Assembly (NCBI GenBank): GCA_002633005.1
Contig: NMRA01000077.1
Coordinates: forward strand, 955,818 to 1,019,817
Reading direction: 5' to 3'
DNA length: 64,000 nucleotides
DNA from: Phoronis australis
Lineage: Eukaryota; Animalia; Phoronida
The notes below the pieces were generated by a model. The model was not told the DNA's origin, made no database searches, and was given only the letters and a program-made list of their open reading frames with translations. The translations under genes and the position numbers were made by a program. This document shows, in pieces, positions 26,924 to 39,267 of the stretch. The number at the start of each line of letters is the position of its first letter. The stretch's first letter is position 1.

Positions 26924-27372
26924 AAAATCAGTGTTTTACTTCGCAAATATTCCACTATATCATCGTATAAAACAAAAAAATGTAACTTAATGTAACTCAC
27001 AGAAATTTAACGTTAAAATTAAAAAAAAAAAAAATCCAATTCTCTGCGTACCTCCATCGCACCCCTTTAAAGGCAATTTTCTCAGTCAGATTAAAAGATA
27101 GGGGGGGAGTTGATAAGGCTTTGAAAAATATCCATGAGAATGATCATTACTTATTTACCTCGGATGAATATTTTTTCACGATTTATCAAAATGATCTAGG
27201 ATTGAACGTCCGTTACCAAACGGAATTGCTCAGAAGTAGGCCTAATAATATGTACTACTTCTTTGTGCAATAGCTAACACTTGCTTCGTTTTCCGTATGA
27301 TGTCGACGGGTCTAGGTGGCCATTATGCAAAGCAGCGAAACTCAAAACAAGTGACAACTGTCGAAGATATAC

Positions 27373-27411
27373 CTTAAGTTTTGAAACATCCATGCCCGCC
27401 GTGTCCGCCAT
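27373..27411 (-). CDS. SARNP: SAP domain-containing ribonucleoprotein, coding exon 1 (MADTAGMDVSKLK)
   Basis: aaaATGGCG start context, 39 nt, then a GT donor; joins in phase 0 to the SAP-domain exon. Confidence 0.88.
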
Positions 27412-27493
27412 TTTTGTAAACAGCCCAAATTCACCAACAGGGGTCAGAGCATGTTATGTTGTACTTCCGGGTTACTACATGGCAGCAGTAAGT
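27412..27493. promoter_or_regulatory. Compact bidirectional promoter region shared by SARNP and COASY
   Basis: Head-to-head gene arrangement; ETS/GABP-type ACTTCCGG at 27463-27470; YY1-like AAAATGGCG over the SARNP ATG; plus-strand GTAAGT donor at 27488 suggests a COASY leader exon. Confidence 0.6.
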
Positions 27494-28004
27494 AATTCAG
27501 TGTTTGCTGAAACCAAACAGTATTAATCTATCTGTGCAGACAATTGCCCTACTTTGTAAGGACTAAACCTGGACAGAGTTCAGTAACGCTTGGACTTCGC
27601 TAAAAAGCAAACCATCGCGAGATTACGTGAGATATTGTCTTGTATTTTAAGTGAGAATACGTGATTTTGGCTACATTTTTATCTCACTGGTTCCCACCGT
27701 GTCCCCCAAGGGGGTAGAGACCACGCAGGTATCATTTATTTTTCCTCGGGAATTTTTTCACCAGTGTTTCTGATTGGCTGGTCGAATTTTCAACAGGCAG
27801 TACTTTACGTAAAAAACTGGCCGGAGGAAGAGTAACTGTGGATGCTTAGTTTGTGGTCTGTTGTACGGACAAATCAGTGCTTAATTCATGTTCAAGAAAT
27901 GTGAATCAAAATGTTATGGTTGTGCCCTTTCGGAGCGCATTTTTTTACTTTCACTGTCGCTGACTTGTGTTTCCATTGATGCCCTGCATTCACATTCACA
28001 TAGT

Positions 28005-28625
28005 GTACCTAATTATCGGACGGACCCTAAATATCGGACATTACATAAAATCTTACTTGAAGCATAATCTGAGAAATATATGACACAATGTTTTGTTCCG
28101 CTGTAATGCATTCAATGTCAGGCACTGTCTCGTTTTTTTTTCTAGCATTGCCTCGTTTTGATTTTACCGAGAGAGGGTGCAATTTAGACCCCCAAGTCAG
28201 CCTAAAATGGACGATTGCATAAACCGGTTATAAAAGTTGAAAACAAAATCTTTTTCCTCAATGAAATCATCTAATTGAACTAACAATATGTCAAAGTTTC
28301 ATTTTTTCATTTGTTTTTAAACTCAAGTCAACCCCGGCCACACACGTGCGTGTGTCATATTAAGAAGGCAAAGAGATACTAAAAACTTCAATGAGTTTGC
28401 ACGCGCTTTAGTCGTCTGCACTGATTCATCGAAACGACTTGGTGCTATCATCAGACTTCATGTTATGGATAATTTTGTTGCGAATGGAGCTGTGTTTTAG
28501 CAGCATATGTCAAAACACTCGAGCTAAAATTTAGCTACAAGGTGCCCGCGGCCATTACTTGGTTAGTCAGTTTTCCACAGTGTGGCATATAGGGAAACAT
28601 GTGTCCGATATTTAGGTTCTCCGAA
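28005..28625. mobile_element. Degenerate TIR element remnant
   Basis: CCTAAATATCGGACA near 28026 is inverted as TGTCCGATATTTAGG near 28602. Confidence 0.45.
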
Positions 28626-29396
28626 GGTTTGCTAGTTGTGTTTTTTAAAGATTAGTCGGAACATAAATGTGGCTTTCGGTGACGAGATATAGTAATGTTC
28701 ACAAGAAATCTATAAAGGTAAGCGAAACACCATAGACTACATAACGAGTACCTATGGTCAAACTAGTGAGATTCTTGCGTCTGCGATGTATACCAGAGAG
28801 CAACTTGAACTTTTTTAAGTTCAGTGAAACGTGGTTACGTGCATGTAATTATGTATAACATTAGTTTTTGATCTTTGCTTATTGTAACTATTGTATGTGC
28901 GCAGCGCGCATTTTGATTATTTGTGCACGGGTAATTGTACTGCTAAACACACAAGTTGCAATGGCGTTCTTATGCCAATTTGGACTACCTAGAAGACATT
29001 ACCAACTGAACGGCGAAAATTGGAAGATGTTAGGACTGCAACAGACTTTTAATGAAAATTTTTTGTTTCAACACGAAAATTGTGATGTCAGAAGCACTGA
29101 ATGCTGTATGAAGTCAGTGATGACTCATTCCTTACAACTTAAATTTGTTTGACTTAAAATTATTAAGCAAGCCCAGCACAGCTGCATGAAGCACAAACAG
29201 CAGTCAGAGCATGTGACACTTCCAGGTTTTGGCTGTTGCTCAGTGTTTGCTGAAACTAGCTTCTGGCATTCAGGTTGTCTAGGAATAAGCTCAATAGCAA
29301 ATACAGTCTGGCTAGCCAAGTTTTTGCATGTGATAGGATTAAACATTAATTGAACATTTAATATTATCTTAACATGCTTACAGGTATTGTGTGATC

Positions 29397-29991
29397 ATGT
29401 TTTGCACCGGCTTACTTGTCCTGACTTCTCCGTTGCCAAGACTACGATATTCTCTTCCTTCACTACTGAATGCTGTGTCACAGAAGGTCGCTGATACATT
29501 ATACGTCCATGTGGCACCTGGTCTTACATCTCTCAGTCAAAGTGTCGGGTGCACAACAGATATGCTTGAGACCGTGAGCTCGGTTTACAGCCAGTCGGCC
29601 ACTGTTTGCGATCAACTTGATGTTCGGGTTCTCTTACATAACTTCAGGTGCTGTCAAGGCTCACCACAGATCCATGGCTTTCCCTCGTTACATAAGTCTT
29701 GCGATGTCATCTTTACAGATTTCTCCAGCCGTGATCGAGATTCATTTGTAAAATTACTTCGTTGTGCTGTGCTCATGCCTGAGGTTCCGTTAGAGTTTAT
29801 TGCTTCCCAAGAGTCAAATGAAGATCCCAGACAGGAAGAATCAAACTGTGTCATTCAAGGATATGACAATGTTGTCTTAGGAGGAACGTTTGATCGATTG
29901 CATAATGGTCATAAGATCTTGCTGTCACAGTCACTGATGCGGTGTAATAAGTTGCTTGCTATAGGTGTCACCAATGGTGAAATGATTGCAA
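29397..29991 (+). CDS. COASY: Bifunctional coenzyme A synthase, first coding exon (N-terminal domain plus start of PPAT)
   Basis: MFCTGLLVLTSPL N-terminus; VVLGGTFDRLHNGHKILL (HxGH) motif; acceptor at 29383, phase-1 donor GTATGT. Confidence 0.95.
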
Positions 29992-30342
29992 GTATGTAGA
30001 ATTCTACATTAAGGATTTACTTGTTAGCTTATTGGTGAACTTTGACCTTTAAGTTGAAGTTGAGTTACACCTTTATATCTTTTTCTACAGATTTGTAATG
30101 CAAACCTGTCAGTTTGTTTTTTAAGTTTGAATATTTTTTCTATTGGTGTTCACTTCAGATATTCTTTATGTTTTTGCTGAAAATTGCATGCATTTGTGCA
30201 AATGAAGAAGTCTTTAGTTTTTGTCCTTGAGTATCATTTTACGTTTATATTTTGTAATAATTAGGCAAGTTATCTGAATACCTCAAATAAACATGGCCAT
30301 TCACCACTATGTCACACTGCTCGTCATATATCGTTTTGCTAA

Positions 30343-31020
30343 AGGCGAAGGCAACCTTTTTTCATGTTAGTTATAGCAAAAATAAGGTTCGTTGATTATC
30401 CCAGATGTACTCCTTATTGTCTCACAGACAGAGGAACAACTGTTCCACTTGCCCTAGTGTCCCGTGACACACTCCCACTGGATGGTGACCTGAGCACACA
30501 AACTGCTTACATCCCGCTGTGTGACTCCCTCGCCACACTCCTGGCACCTTCTAAATAGCTCCAGTACTTTAGACAATTCCATAATAAACTAAGTTATCAA
30601 AGTTTGGCTCACCGATCTGTTTACTGGACGACAAACTGTCCTCTTCACTCGGTGTCTAACTGGGGCTGTATTCACTTCCACTACTCAACACCGCAGCAGG
30701 GCTGCTTACAGGCTTTGGGTGATAATAAGTACATCCCGGTATGCAGCAACAGTGTGGCATGTTGACTGACTCGTAAACAAAAGCAAACAACGAGTGAACT
30801 GATCACAACCGAGGTAGAATAATGACTGACTTGACAGCTCTCACAGTGGTACTTTATGAGAAGAAATTGGCGCAAAATTCTTGCCTCCCAAAATGTCCGG
30901 AGTAGAAGATGAATTATTTATTAAATTGCGAAAAGCTGAAATTAAATAAAAAATATGTCTGGGATAATCAATGAACCTTATTTTTGCTAAAACTAACATG
31001 AAAAAAGGTTGCCTTCCCCT
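30343..31020. mobile_element. MITE, TTAA-targeting (Kolobok-like)
   Basis: About 63-bp TIRs, AGGCGAAGGCAACCTTTTTTCATGTTAG... / ...CTAACATGAAAAAAGGTTGCCTTCCCCT; flanks are CTAA and TTAA. Confidence 0.85.
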
Positions 31021-31048
31021 TTAATATAGTCATTTAAAATATTTTCAG

Positions 31049-31263
31049 AGAAAACTTTAAGTGAGCTAATCTTGCCTTATGAAGAGAGAGTGCAGGAACT
31101 GCATGAGTTCTTAACAGATGTCAAACCCTCTATTCAGTATCACATTGAAGTGCTGACAGATCCGTATGGAATATCTGTTGCTTTACCACAACTGGAGAGT
31201 ATTGTAGTGTCTGAGGAATCATTAAAAGGTGGATACATGGTCAATGATAGACGGAAGGAAAAG
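31049..31263 (+). CDS. COASY: COASY exon, PPAT domain (KTLSELILPYEERV...DPYG...IVVSEES)
   Basis: AG/GT boundaries in phase; PPAT motifs. Confidence 0.95.
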
Positions 31264-32236
31264 GTAGGATAAAAGTTACAAAATGGTGTAGTTACAGCCT
31301 TAATAATCGGGGCTCTCATGCAGAGCTGTCTCACACATTTAATGTGCATGTTTCATTAGCTAATAGTACTGTACTGAGGGGGCTCTCCAAGCTGTTACAG
31401 GTATACAATGGCAAAGCAAATGTTAGTAATTCTACAGTTATTTTGAAAGTTCACTCGTGATTTATTGATATGAGAGATAGTGACTGCTTGTAATACGTTC
31501 TTACTTAAAATTGAAAATATTTTGAAAATATATTTCCATAGGGTAGTTTAGCTGATGTGATGAATTATATCCAAAAGTGAGGCATATTGAAATAGAAGTA
31601 CTACTTAACTGTTCTGAACGAGGCTAATTTTGAACAAGGGTGGTCAAGCATATTACTACGTCGGCTTATTTTAAATCCCAACTTGAATTTCCTTGTTTCA
31701 CATATCATCATAGTCTGGGAGTAAGGTAAAACTATGTTGTGACAGTCGCCTTTTCTAACATTAAGTACCACGAAAAGATTACTTCTAGGTAACCTTTAGT
31801 GTACAGCCTTCAATAAGATTGCTAGCCAACATCATATTTCAAGGTGACTGTTTTCAGCGTATTCCATCTCCAAGCAAAAGTTGTTTTCATACCAGTGGTA
31901 ATCAAAATAACATTAACTGCATGACAACATGGCCAGTGCTGTACTCTCAGTTGCACTAAAAATAGATTGTCTGTCACCATTACTACGGTTATGGTATGCA
32001 AGCTTAGCAACCAACCTTGAATAAGGTTTAAGCTTCAAAAGTGTGAATTACATTGGCCAACCCACTGATTAAGCTTGAATATGGTACCACACTAATCTTG
32101 CCAGTAAAGTTGATTCAATTTGGATGAATTCAATGCTCTATGACCATTTTCCAAGGACTACAACCAAAACTATTTTTACATTATGTTTTGTCTAAGGCAA
32201 TCACTTTCCAGTTAACATTCAGACTTACATTTCCAG

Positions 32237-32368
32237 GGCTTTTCAGAGTTAGACATCTATGTAGTTAAACTGGTTGAAGATATGAATCGGTCTGCTGATG
32301 AGGAAAAGAAAATAAGCTCATCGTCTCAGCGAAGGCGGCTTTTAGGAACTCTACTTCACAAACCTGAG
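32237..32368 (+). CDS. COASY: COASY exon (GFSELDIYVV...EEKKISSSSQRRRLLGTLL)
   Basis: KISSS motif of the HxGH nucleotidyltransferases; 132 nt, phase 0/0. Confidence 0.95.
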
Positions 32369-32594
32369 GTATTTTGCTTGTTGCAACTACAGTGATTGTA
32401 TATGGAATAAGTATGATTATGATCCTTAAAGCCTTGTTTTGTATTGGATTTTTGTTCTTTTAGATGTTTTGAGCTATCCAGAGAGTGTAAACACTGTTTA
32501 CAGCAATCATTTACAAACATTTTGAGAACATCTTTTGATATGTTCTATTAGCAAAAAAGGAATGTCATTAATAACATGTTGTTACAAGGCAGGT

Positions 32595-32989
32595 AGGTTC
32601 TGTATCTAACCTTCTATACCACCAGATAGGTGCTATATCTAACCTTCTATACCACCAGATAGGTACTGTATCTAACCTTCTATACCACCAGATAGGTGCT
32701 ATATCTAACCTACTATACCACCAGATAGGTGCTGTATCTAACCTTCTATACCACCAGATAGGTAATGTATCTAACCTTCTATACCACCAGATAGGTGCTG
32801 TATCTAACCTTCTATACCACCAGATAGGTGCTGTATCTAACCTTCTATACCACCAGATAGGTGCTATATCTAACCTTCTATACCACCAGATAGGTGATGT
32901 ATCTAACCTTCTATACCACCAGATAGGTGATGTATCTAACCTTCTATGCCACCAGATAGGTGATGTATCTAGCCTTCAATATCACCAGA
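32595..32989. repeat. 33-bp minisatellite, about 12 copies
   Basis: Unit AGGTGCTGTATCTAACCTTCTATACCACCAGAT. Confidence 0.97.
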
Positions 32990-33489
32990 AATTCTATAAA
33001 ATCTGTATTTTGTCTTGTTTACCTGTCATTGAATTCTTAATTGAAACACTTGAGGGTTTGGAAACATTTCCTCATTCATTCTATCTTGAATTATTGCTGA
33101 ATTAACTGGCAACTCATGTTACAGGTATTGTGTACATGCACTATTCTGGAATTCCTCCTATTTTCTGTGTCCTCTTTTATAAACCCACTTAATTTACTGT
33201 AAATGCATTGCATTATGCCTTCATCTCGATCAGTGTCTGCTGCTGTTTCTACGTGAAAGTTTGTATACATATACATATACATATACATAATTGGCAGTAA
33301 TCTTTCTCGTATACATGTGTCATTGAAAACAGGACTTTGATCTGTTTTTACTAGTTTAATCTCAGTTCTTTCCAACTCTCTATTTGTGTTTGTGATGCCA
33401 CTCCCACTCAGTGACCTACTATTTTAATTACCACCCGACAAAAGACATTTATGTAGACAATACAAAAGTTTGTTGAACAGACTATCTAA

Positions 33490-34299
33490 GGCCAAGACCA
33501 GCTTGCTTTTCAATTAAACATTAGGGACACATTGGCTAATTGCACAAAGGTTGTCATCATGCTGGGACGGGAATTCCGAGAACGCAGAGGAATAGTTATG
33601 AACACTGAGGTCTGTGCACTCATTGAAGAGAACAGCAAACCAACGGATGCCATTATCTTCACAGATGGGTCAGTCGTCAGGGGTGTCAAGTCAGGCTGGG
33701 GATTCACAGCACGCGTGAGAGGTCGATGTGTTGCAGAGCAAAGTGGTGCATACTTGATGACAACTAGCAGGCAGCTACAGCAGCTCTCTGATGGCTCCGC
33801 ACCACCAGCTACACAGGGGCAGTGATTGCTACGGACTCCCAGAGCATGTTAAGCAAAATCAAGAGTGACTTCATTAAACCAGAATGGAAGGAAGCAATAG
33901 AAGGAAGCAGGCTGAAACACCTGGTGTGGTTGTTTACCACTGGACATGCTGGAGTGATGGGAAATGAAAGAGCAGATGACCTGGAAAGAAAGGCAGAACT
34001 TTTGGAAGATGTCATATGGAGTGAGAAGGATGTTTTGATGGCACTGAAAGACTAGGAGATGGAGGCTCCCTCAGAAAGCACCACTCTGGAAAAACTTAAC
34101 TGAGCTTCATGTTGTCAGAGGAAGCGACATCCGAACCACCTTACGTGGAGAAAGTAGATACCGGATTAACCAGCAGAACATGGGAACCATCAGCAGTGTG
34201 ACTCCTTCTTGGCTGCTACAGAGAAGGACTGAGCACTTGTGTACCTGTCCAACATGCAGTGATGTCTGTCCCTGAGACAATGACAATGACAATGACAAT
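33490..34299 (+). mobile_element. 5'-truncated non-LTR retrotransposon 3' end with an RNase H domain (pseudogenised)
   Basis: AIIFTDGSV, ATDSQS and GHAGVMGNERAD RNase HI motifs lie in two frames (frameshift/deletion); (GACAAT)n tail. Confidence 0.85.
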
Positions 34300-35975
34300 T
34301 TCAATGAAACATGTATAAAAGAAGGTCTGCTACCAAAATACACAGATATACATACTTATATCAAAATGTATATGTTCTTGTTATAGATGAGATGGCATGA
34401 GCAAATTTTTGGACAGTTCCGACTACTGGTGGGTCTGTAGTTGCAATTTTAGTTTTTTTACATTTATCTCTGTCTTAACTTTGTAGTTCCTTGACAAACT
34501 TTCATGAAATTTAGCAAGTAGGTATCTATTAAGAAGACAACAAGATGGATAGGTTTAATTTATTCCATGTTTTTACTGTTTCTGATTTTCTTTGGCCTCT
34601 GTATTGGCCAAACCACACCTAGGATGATTACAAAAAATCGATGCTTGGAATGTGTTCCGACTGGGGAGAGGAGAACTGATGATTATTTATGGATGATTCT
34701 GACTGCTGTAGTTCCTTCTAGTGGCAATTTTGTTTTTTGCATCCGCAGGTGTATCTCATGAACCCTTTCTAGGAACTTTATTAGATTTCAATTGGCAGGT
34801 GTATTTCTGTGAAAGTGACAGTGGATGGAATGACTTTTGGACGTTTCCAGCTGCCACTCAGTCCGTAGTGGCATTGTTACTTTTTTCGCTTTCCTCTGTA
34901 TCTTAAAGGATACTAAACCCTGTTTTGACGATTTCAGCCGATCTCTGTTCTGTCCCCTGCTAATGCATGATTGGCGTCAATCTTGAACTATAAAAGCAGG
35001 AGTCAACTAAAGATTTATACTCTATACTTCACATTATGATTCTTGGTGGGTGGTAATTTGCTAAAAGTTTAGGTCATGGCTGCCCTTTTAGCAAACTTTG
35101 TCAGAAAAAAAAACATGACAAACTTCGAAAGGAGTTTTCAAATTTTCCTCCAAACTTTTGACGGGTTGTCGAGAATTATTATTATTTGTTTCAAGAAATT
35201 TGGTGGGAAAGTCATTTTTAACAACACTATTAATAGGTCACAACTTGGTTTGGTATCTAATTAAGAGTTCCTTAATAAATTTTCAGGAAACATGGCAAAT
35301 AGGTTTCTATAGATATAATAATGCCTTCCCATTTTTTACGAGTTCGAAATTTGATATGCCACCTAGTGACTGTTTTTATTATTTTTTAGTTTGGTTTTTT
35401 GGGTTCCTACTGGGAAGTGCATAGCTGACCGTGATTCTTCAACGGGTTCAACTGATGTTGTGCCCTCTTTTGGCAATTTTGTTTTTTACGTGTGGTCAAT
35501 ACTAGTTCCTTGATGGATCTTCATGAAATTTGGCATGGATTTTGAGAAAAATCTCACCACTACTACGAAGTCGTCTATTGGCAATTTTTGTATTCCTTTG
35601 CATTGACGGATGTTCATAAAATTTTGCAAGTAGCGGTAAGTCACAATCAACAACCCAGTTTAAGATGGATTTGACTTACGCTGCCTCCCTATCTAAACCT
35701 CCTGAAGAATCATGATGAAAGGTCGTAGGTGTGTTCCTATAGAAAATAGCATTGCTGACTTGCTTTGCACCCCCTACTAGCATTGCTCCCTTTGGTAGGA
35801 AAATGTAACAGTTTAAAATCACGATAATTCCCTTGTAGCTGCACTGTATGCGATGCACAGGGTGGATGCATATCAACACCGTCCATTGCTCTCTAATAGT
35901 TTGCACTCATCAATCACGTTTCTAATAATTTCACACAAACTGATAGAAAATTACTGTATGTGTCCTGTGTTACAG

Positions 35976-36114
35976 AATAGGCATATGATGTCCTTAGGCA
36001 AAGAGCATCTACCCTACCTTATTGGTTTGACTGGTGGTATAGCCAGTGGGAAGACATCTATTTGTCAACGATTGAAAGGACTTGGGGCCAGTATCATTGA
36101 TGCTGACATATTGG
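35976..36114 (+). CDS. COASY: COASY exon, dephospho-CoA kinase P-loop ([13 protein letters not shown])
   Basis: Walker A motif and IIDAD; AG/GT boundaries. Confidence 0.95.
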
Positions 36115-36834
36115 GTAATACTGATTTTACATTATTTGAAACTAAATGAATACAAGTCATTAAAATTACATGGCATTGCGAAATAAGATGTGACGGAATT
36201 TGGCATAGTTTACTCATCTGTTTGTGCTTAACAGCTATATCTAGTAAAAATCTCACTAATTTAAGACGCAATGTCGTCCGGCATCCTCAGCTGTATCTCC
36301 TTAACCCGTCATACGACCTTGATGAGATTTGGCAGTTGTGTTCCTATGAAACTGACGACGGATGGTGACAACTTTTGAACGGATCCGACTACCAGTGTGC
36401 CCCCTAGTGGCAATTTTAGTTTTTTTTTTACATTTCTGTATTTTCAAAGGTTTCTCAACGGATTTCCATGGAATTTGGTACATAGGCATCCATCAGTGAG
36501 ATGACAGTATCCTCTCGTTTTCAGATGGATTCGAGGTATTTTGCACCACCTAGTGGCCATTTTTACTATTTTCAAGTCTGTTTTTGGTGTCCACCCCTCT
36601 ATCAACTAAACCACTCTAAGGATGATTATAAAAATTGGCGTATATGTTCTTAGTGTAAAGAAGATGCTTGATGATGATTTTCCGACAACTTTGACTACTG
36701 TGGCACCTCCTAGTGGCAATTTTTTTTTGCGCCCAAGCTGTATTTTCTAAACCCACTGCAGGATCTTTATTGAATTTAGCAAGTGTATTAAATATGAAGT
36801 TGAGAACAGACAACGACTTTCTGATGGTTTCGAC

Positions 36835-37005
36835 GAATGCTGTGAACAGGGACAATGGAGGTTGTAACTAGTTTACAATTTGGAACAACCAGATCACCAC
36901 ACCACCTAGTGTACAATGACTTCTGAAGATGGCTGCTGATAGAAGCCGAAACTGTCAAAGTATCATGCTCTTCCTGGTTATGAAATACTACTAATCTATG
37001 AAACT
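36835..37005 (+). mobile_element. Penelope-like element 3' fragment
   Basis: VNRDNGGCN*FTIW resembles the NRDxG...W end of the PLE GIY-YIG ORF; followed by a hammerhead core; interrupts a HINE copy. Confidence 0.6.
36918..36961 (+). ncRNA. Minimal type I hammerhead ribozyme-like motif
   Basis: ACTT-CTGAAGA-T-GGCT(loop)AGCC-GAAA-CT-GTC-A-AAGT: core boxes, stems I and II, and a GUC triplet. Confidence 0.55.
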
Positions 37006-37402
37006 ATTTAGTGAGGATCTTTATTAAATTTGCCGAGTGTATTTACATGAAGTTGGTAACAGACAACGACGACATTTGGATGGAACCGACTACCTCTATG
37101 CCCCCTAGTGTCAATTTTTTCATTTTCCTCAGAGTCTGTAACTCATGCGAGCGATCATCAATTAGAGTCAGCTGTCTGTGCTGGCACTAGCAAGTTAAGG
37201 TTATGTCAAACTTTATCAACGGTTCTGTATATTTAGCCGAATATCTACCAATCTATAAAATTTAAATGTGTATTAAAGTACATATTTTCTATAAGCAGAA
37301 AATCAGTAGAATTTAATTTCAGAATTTGTATCACTTTGCCGTAAATTGGAACGTGTGACCATGAATTTTTAGTAAAATTTAGCAAAAAATGTACATTTAC
37401 AG

Positions 37403-37533
37403 GGCACAAAGCGTATCTAAAAGGAACAAGTGCATTCCAGAAAGTTGTGGAAACTTTTGGCCAAGACATCGTCAATGACATTACTGGGGAGATTGACAGG
37501 AAAAAGCTTGGTGCACAAGTGTTTGATGATAAG
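37403..37533 (+). CDS. COASY: COASY exon, DPCK (GHKAY...GEIDRKKLGAQVFDDK)
   Basis: Phase 1/0; GxIDRxxLGxxVF motif. Confidence 0.95.
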
Positions 37534-38223
37534 GTGCTATATGATTGAAAACCATGAATGGACTGATGCTATGTTGTATTGAACTAAGATCCATTCCTAT
37601 ATTGCATTTAAGTTTTGAGAAAGTGCTCAATTTCCTGTTCACGGTAAGCCTAAAAGCTGCTTGGGCTAGCTCATTTACCCTAGACAGTGGAAATTCTTGA
37701 GCAAATCAGGAGACTTGAGGTGATTTCACGCCAAACCTCATGGTGTGTAGGTAAGAGTTATCTAACAAATTAAGACATTTGCTTTCTCGGTTTTTACTCT
37801 CTTGATAGACCAGCATACTCAAATCAGTGATAACAGCATGTCCAGTTTATAGTCCTTGAAGTCCCTAAGGTTGCGTTGTGGCCATTTTGCATTACAGCAA
37901 GTGAGCTAGAAAACTTGTATGCAGAGTAGATTATCAAAATGGATGATATTGAAGTGATTTGATGATTGTTCCTGAAGGCTTGGGAAGAACAGACTGTTCA
38001 TTTTTTTTTCTTCAGACCAAGCTCCCTTCTTCAGACCAAGCTTCTTTCTTCAGGCCAAGCTCCCAAAATTTTAGCTTATTCTGAAGAAATGAACTCTCTG
38101 TTCTTGTCATCCCCTAAAACCACCTCCAATTTGAGACCAATTTTTGATGGGAAGCAGTCCAAGTCATTTTTTTTACAGGAAGCACTGGTTTATCGCATGT
38201 TATATCCATTCATTTCCATTTAG

Positions 38224-38406
38224 GAAAAACTGAATACATTGAATAAAATTGTCTGGCCAGCAATTGCCGATCTAGTTGAAGTTGAAGTAAATCGACTATC
38301 ACTAGAGGGCACTAGAGTGGTTGTGTTGGATGCTGCTGTGTTACTGGAAGCTGGCTGGGATAGCTTGGTTCATGAAGTCTGGTGTACCGTCATACCAAAA
38401 CAGGAG
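38224..38406 (+). CDS. COASY: COASY exon, DPCK (LNKIVWPAI...VVVLDAAVLLEAGW...HEVW)
   Basis: Conserved DPCK motifs; 183 nt, phase 0/0. Confidence 0.95.
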
Positions 38407-39120
38407 GTGACTATTTTAAAACAAATTTTCGTAATTCACCAATTCTTGAGTTATTTTGTACAAAGCAATTGCCAAATTTGTTGCTTCAATTTTTGGGTCA
38501 TTAAGTCTGAGCATGTGGTCATTATCATATTATGATACAATATCATTTAGAATGTAATATGCCATAAAAATGAAATTTTGTTTTCACTCTCTCATAAGTG
38601 CAATACAAGCCAACATAATCATACATGTCTTGATGGGTCATTCTAGCTACCCTGATGGTGAATTCCAGTTGCGCTCAACCGTCATGACACAAAATTCTGG
38701 TTCATTTTGTCCAACTATTTTTGGCATGTACTGAAGCGTCTAGGTTTGAAAAATGAAAAAATAGTAGTTCTGGCAATTTGACTGGACTTGCGTAAATTTC
38801 TTTCCAAAGAGATGTTGTGGATCGGGAATTGGGGCTGTTGCTGTCTCCAAGTAGGAGTCTGAGGTCTGTGCAATGGCACCAAATTAAAAATAAAACATTT
38901 AGGAGAGTTCCTAGTGGCGGATTTAAGAGAGGGGCCAAGAGGACCATGGCCCCCCTAAAATTATTCCAGATTCCATTTGGCAGTTCCGGAGTGCAAATTT
39001 CTGACAGGCAAAATCCTGGCTAATATTCTGCCCCCCCACTTAAAATCCTGGATCCGCTCCTGGTTCCAGCAGTGATTGGTCAATATCTTTTCGCGTCAAG
39101 TAATCCTCTACTTATTTTAG

Positions 39121-39267
39121 GCTGTAGCTCGTCTCAAAGAACGTAACAATCTGAGTGAAGAAGAGGCTTTGAAGAGAATCAACAGTCAAGTTAGTAATGA
39201 AGCCAGAGTAGAAAAGTCACATGTTGTGTTGTGTACATTATGGGAAAGAGACGCGACTCAGAGGCAG
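39121..39267 (+). CDS. COASY: COASY exon, DPCK lid (AVARLKERNNLSEEEALKRINSQ...TLWE)
   Basis: Conserved motifs; 147 nt; AG/GT boundaries. Confidence 0.95.

Larger units (their letters stand above)
34400..37125 (-). mobile_element. Several decayed HINE-like repeat copies in COASY introns, excluding the exon at 35976-36114
   Basis: Reverse-complement modules CCCCTAGTGGCAATTTT and CCACCTAGTGGCCATTTT. Confidence 0.6.

Noticed and set aside
32595-32989. CRISPR-like appearance of the 30-36 bp arrays (also 2672, 11808, 23438)
   Set aside because: Head-to-tail units with no unique spacers, no cas genes, eukaryotic context; these are minisatellites.
35698-35730. Second hammerhead-like CTGAAGA...GAAA..GTC (also CTGAAGAAGG repeats on the minus strand at about 38008-38065)
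   Set aside because: Stem II cannot close properly, or the GAAA box is absent.
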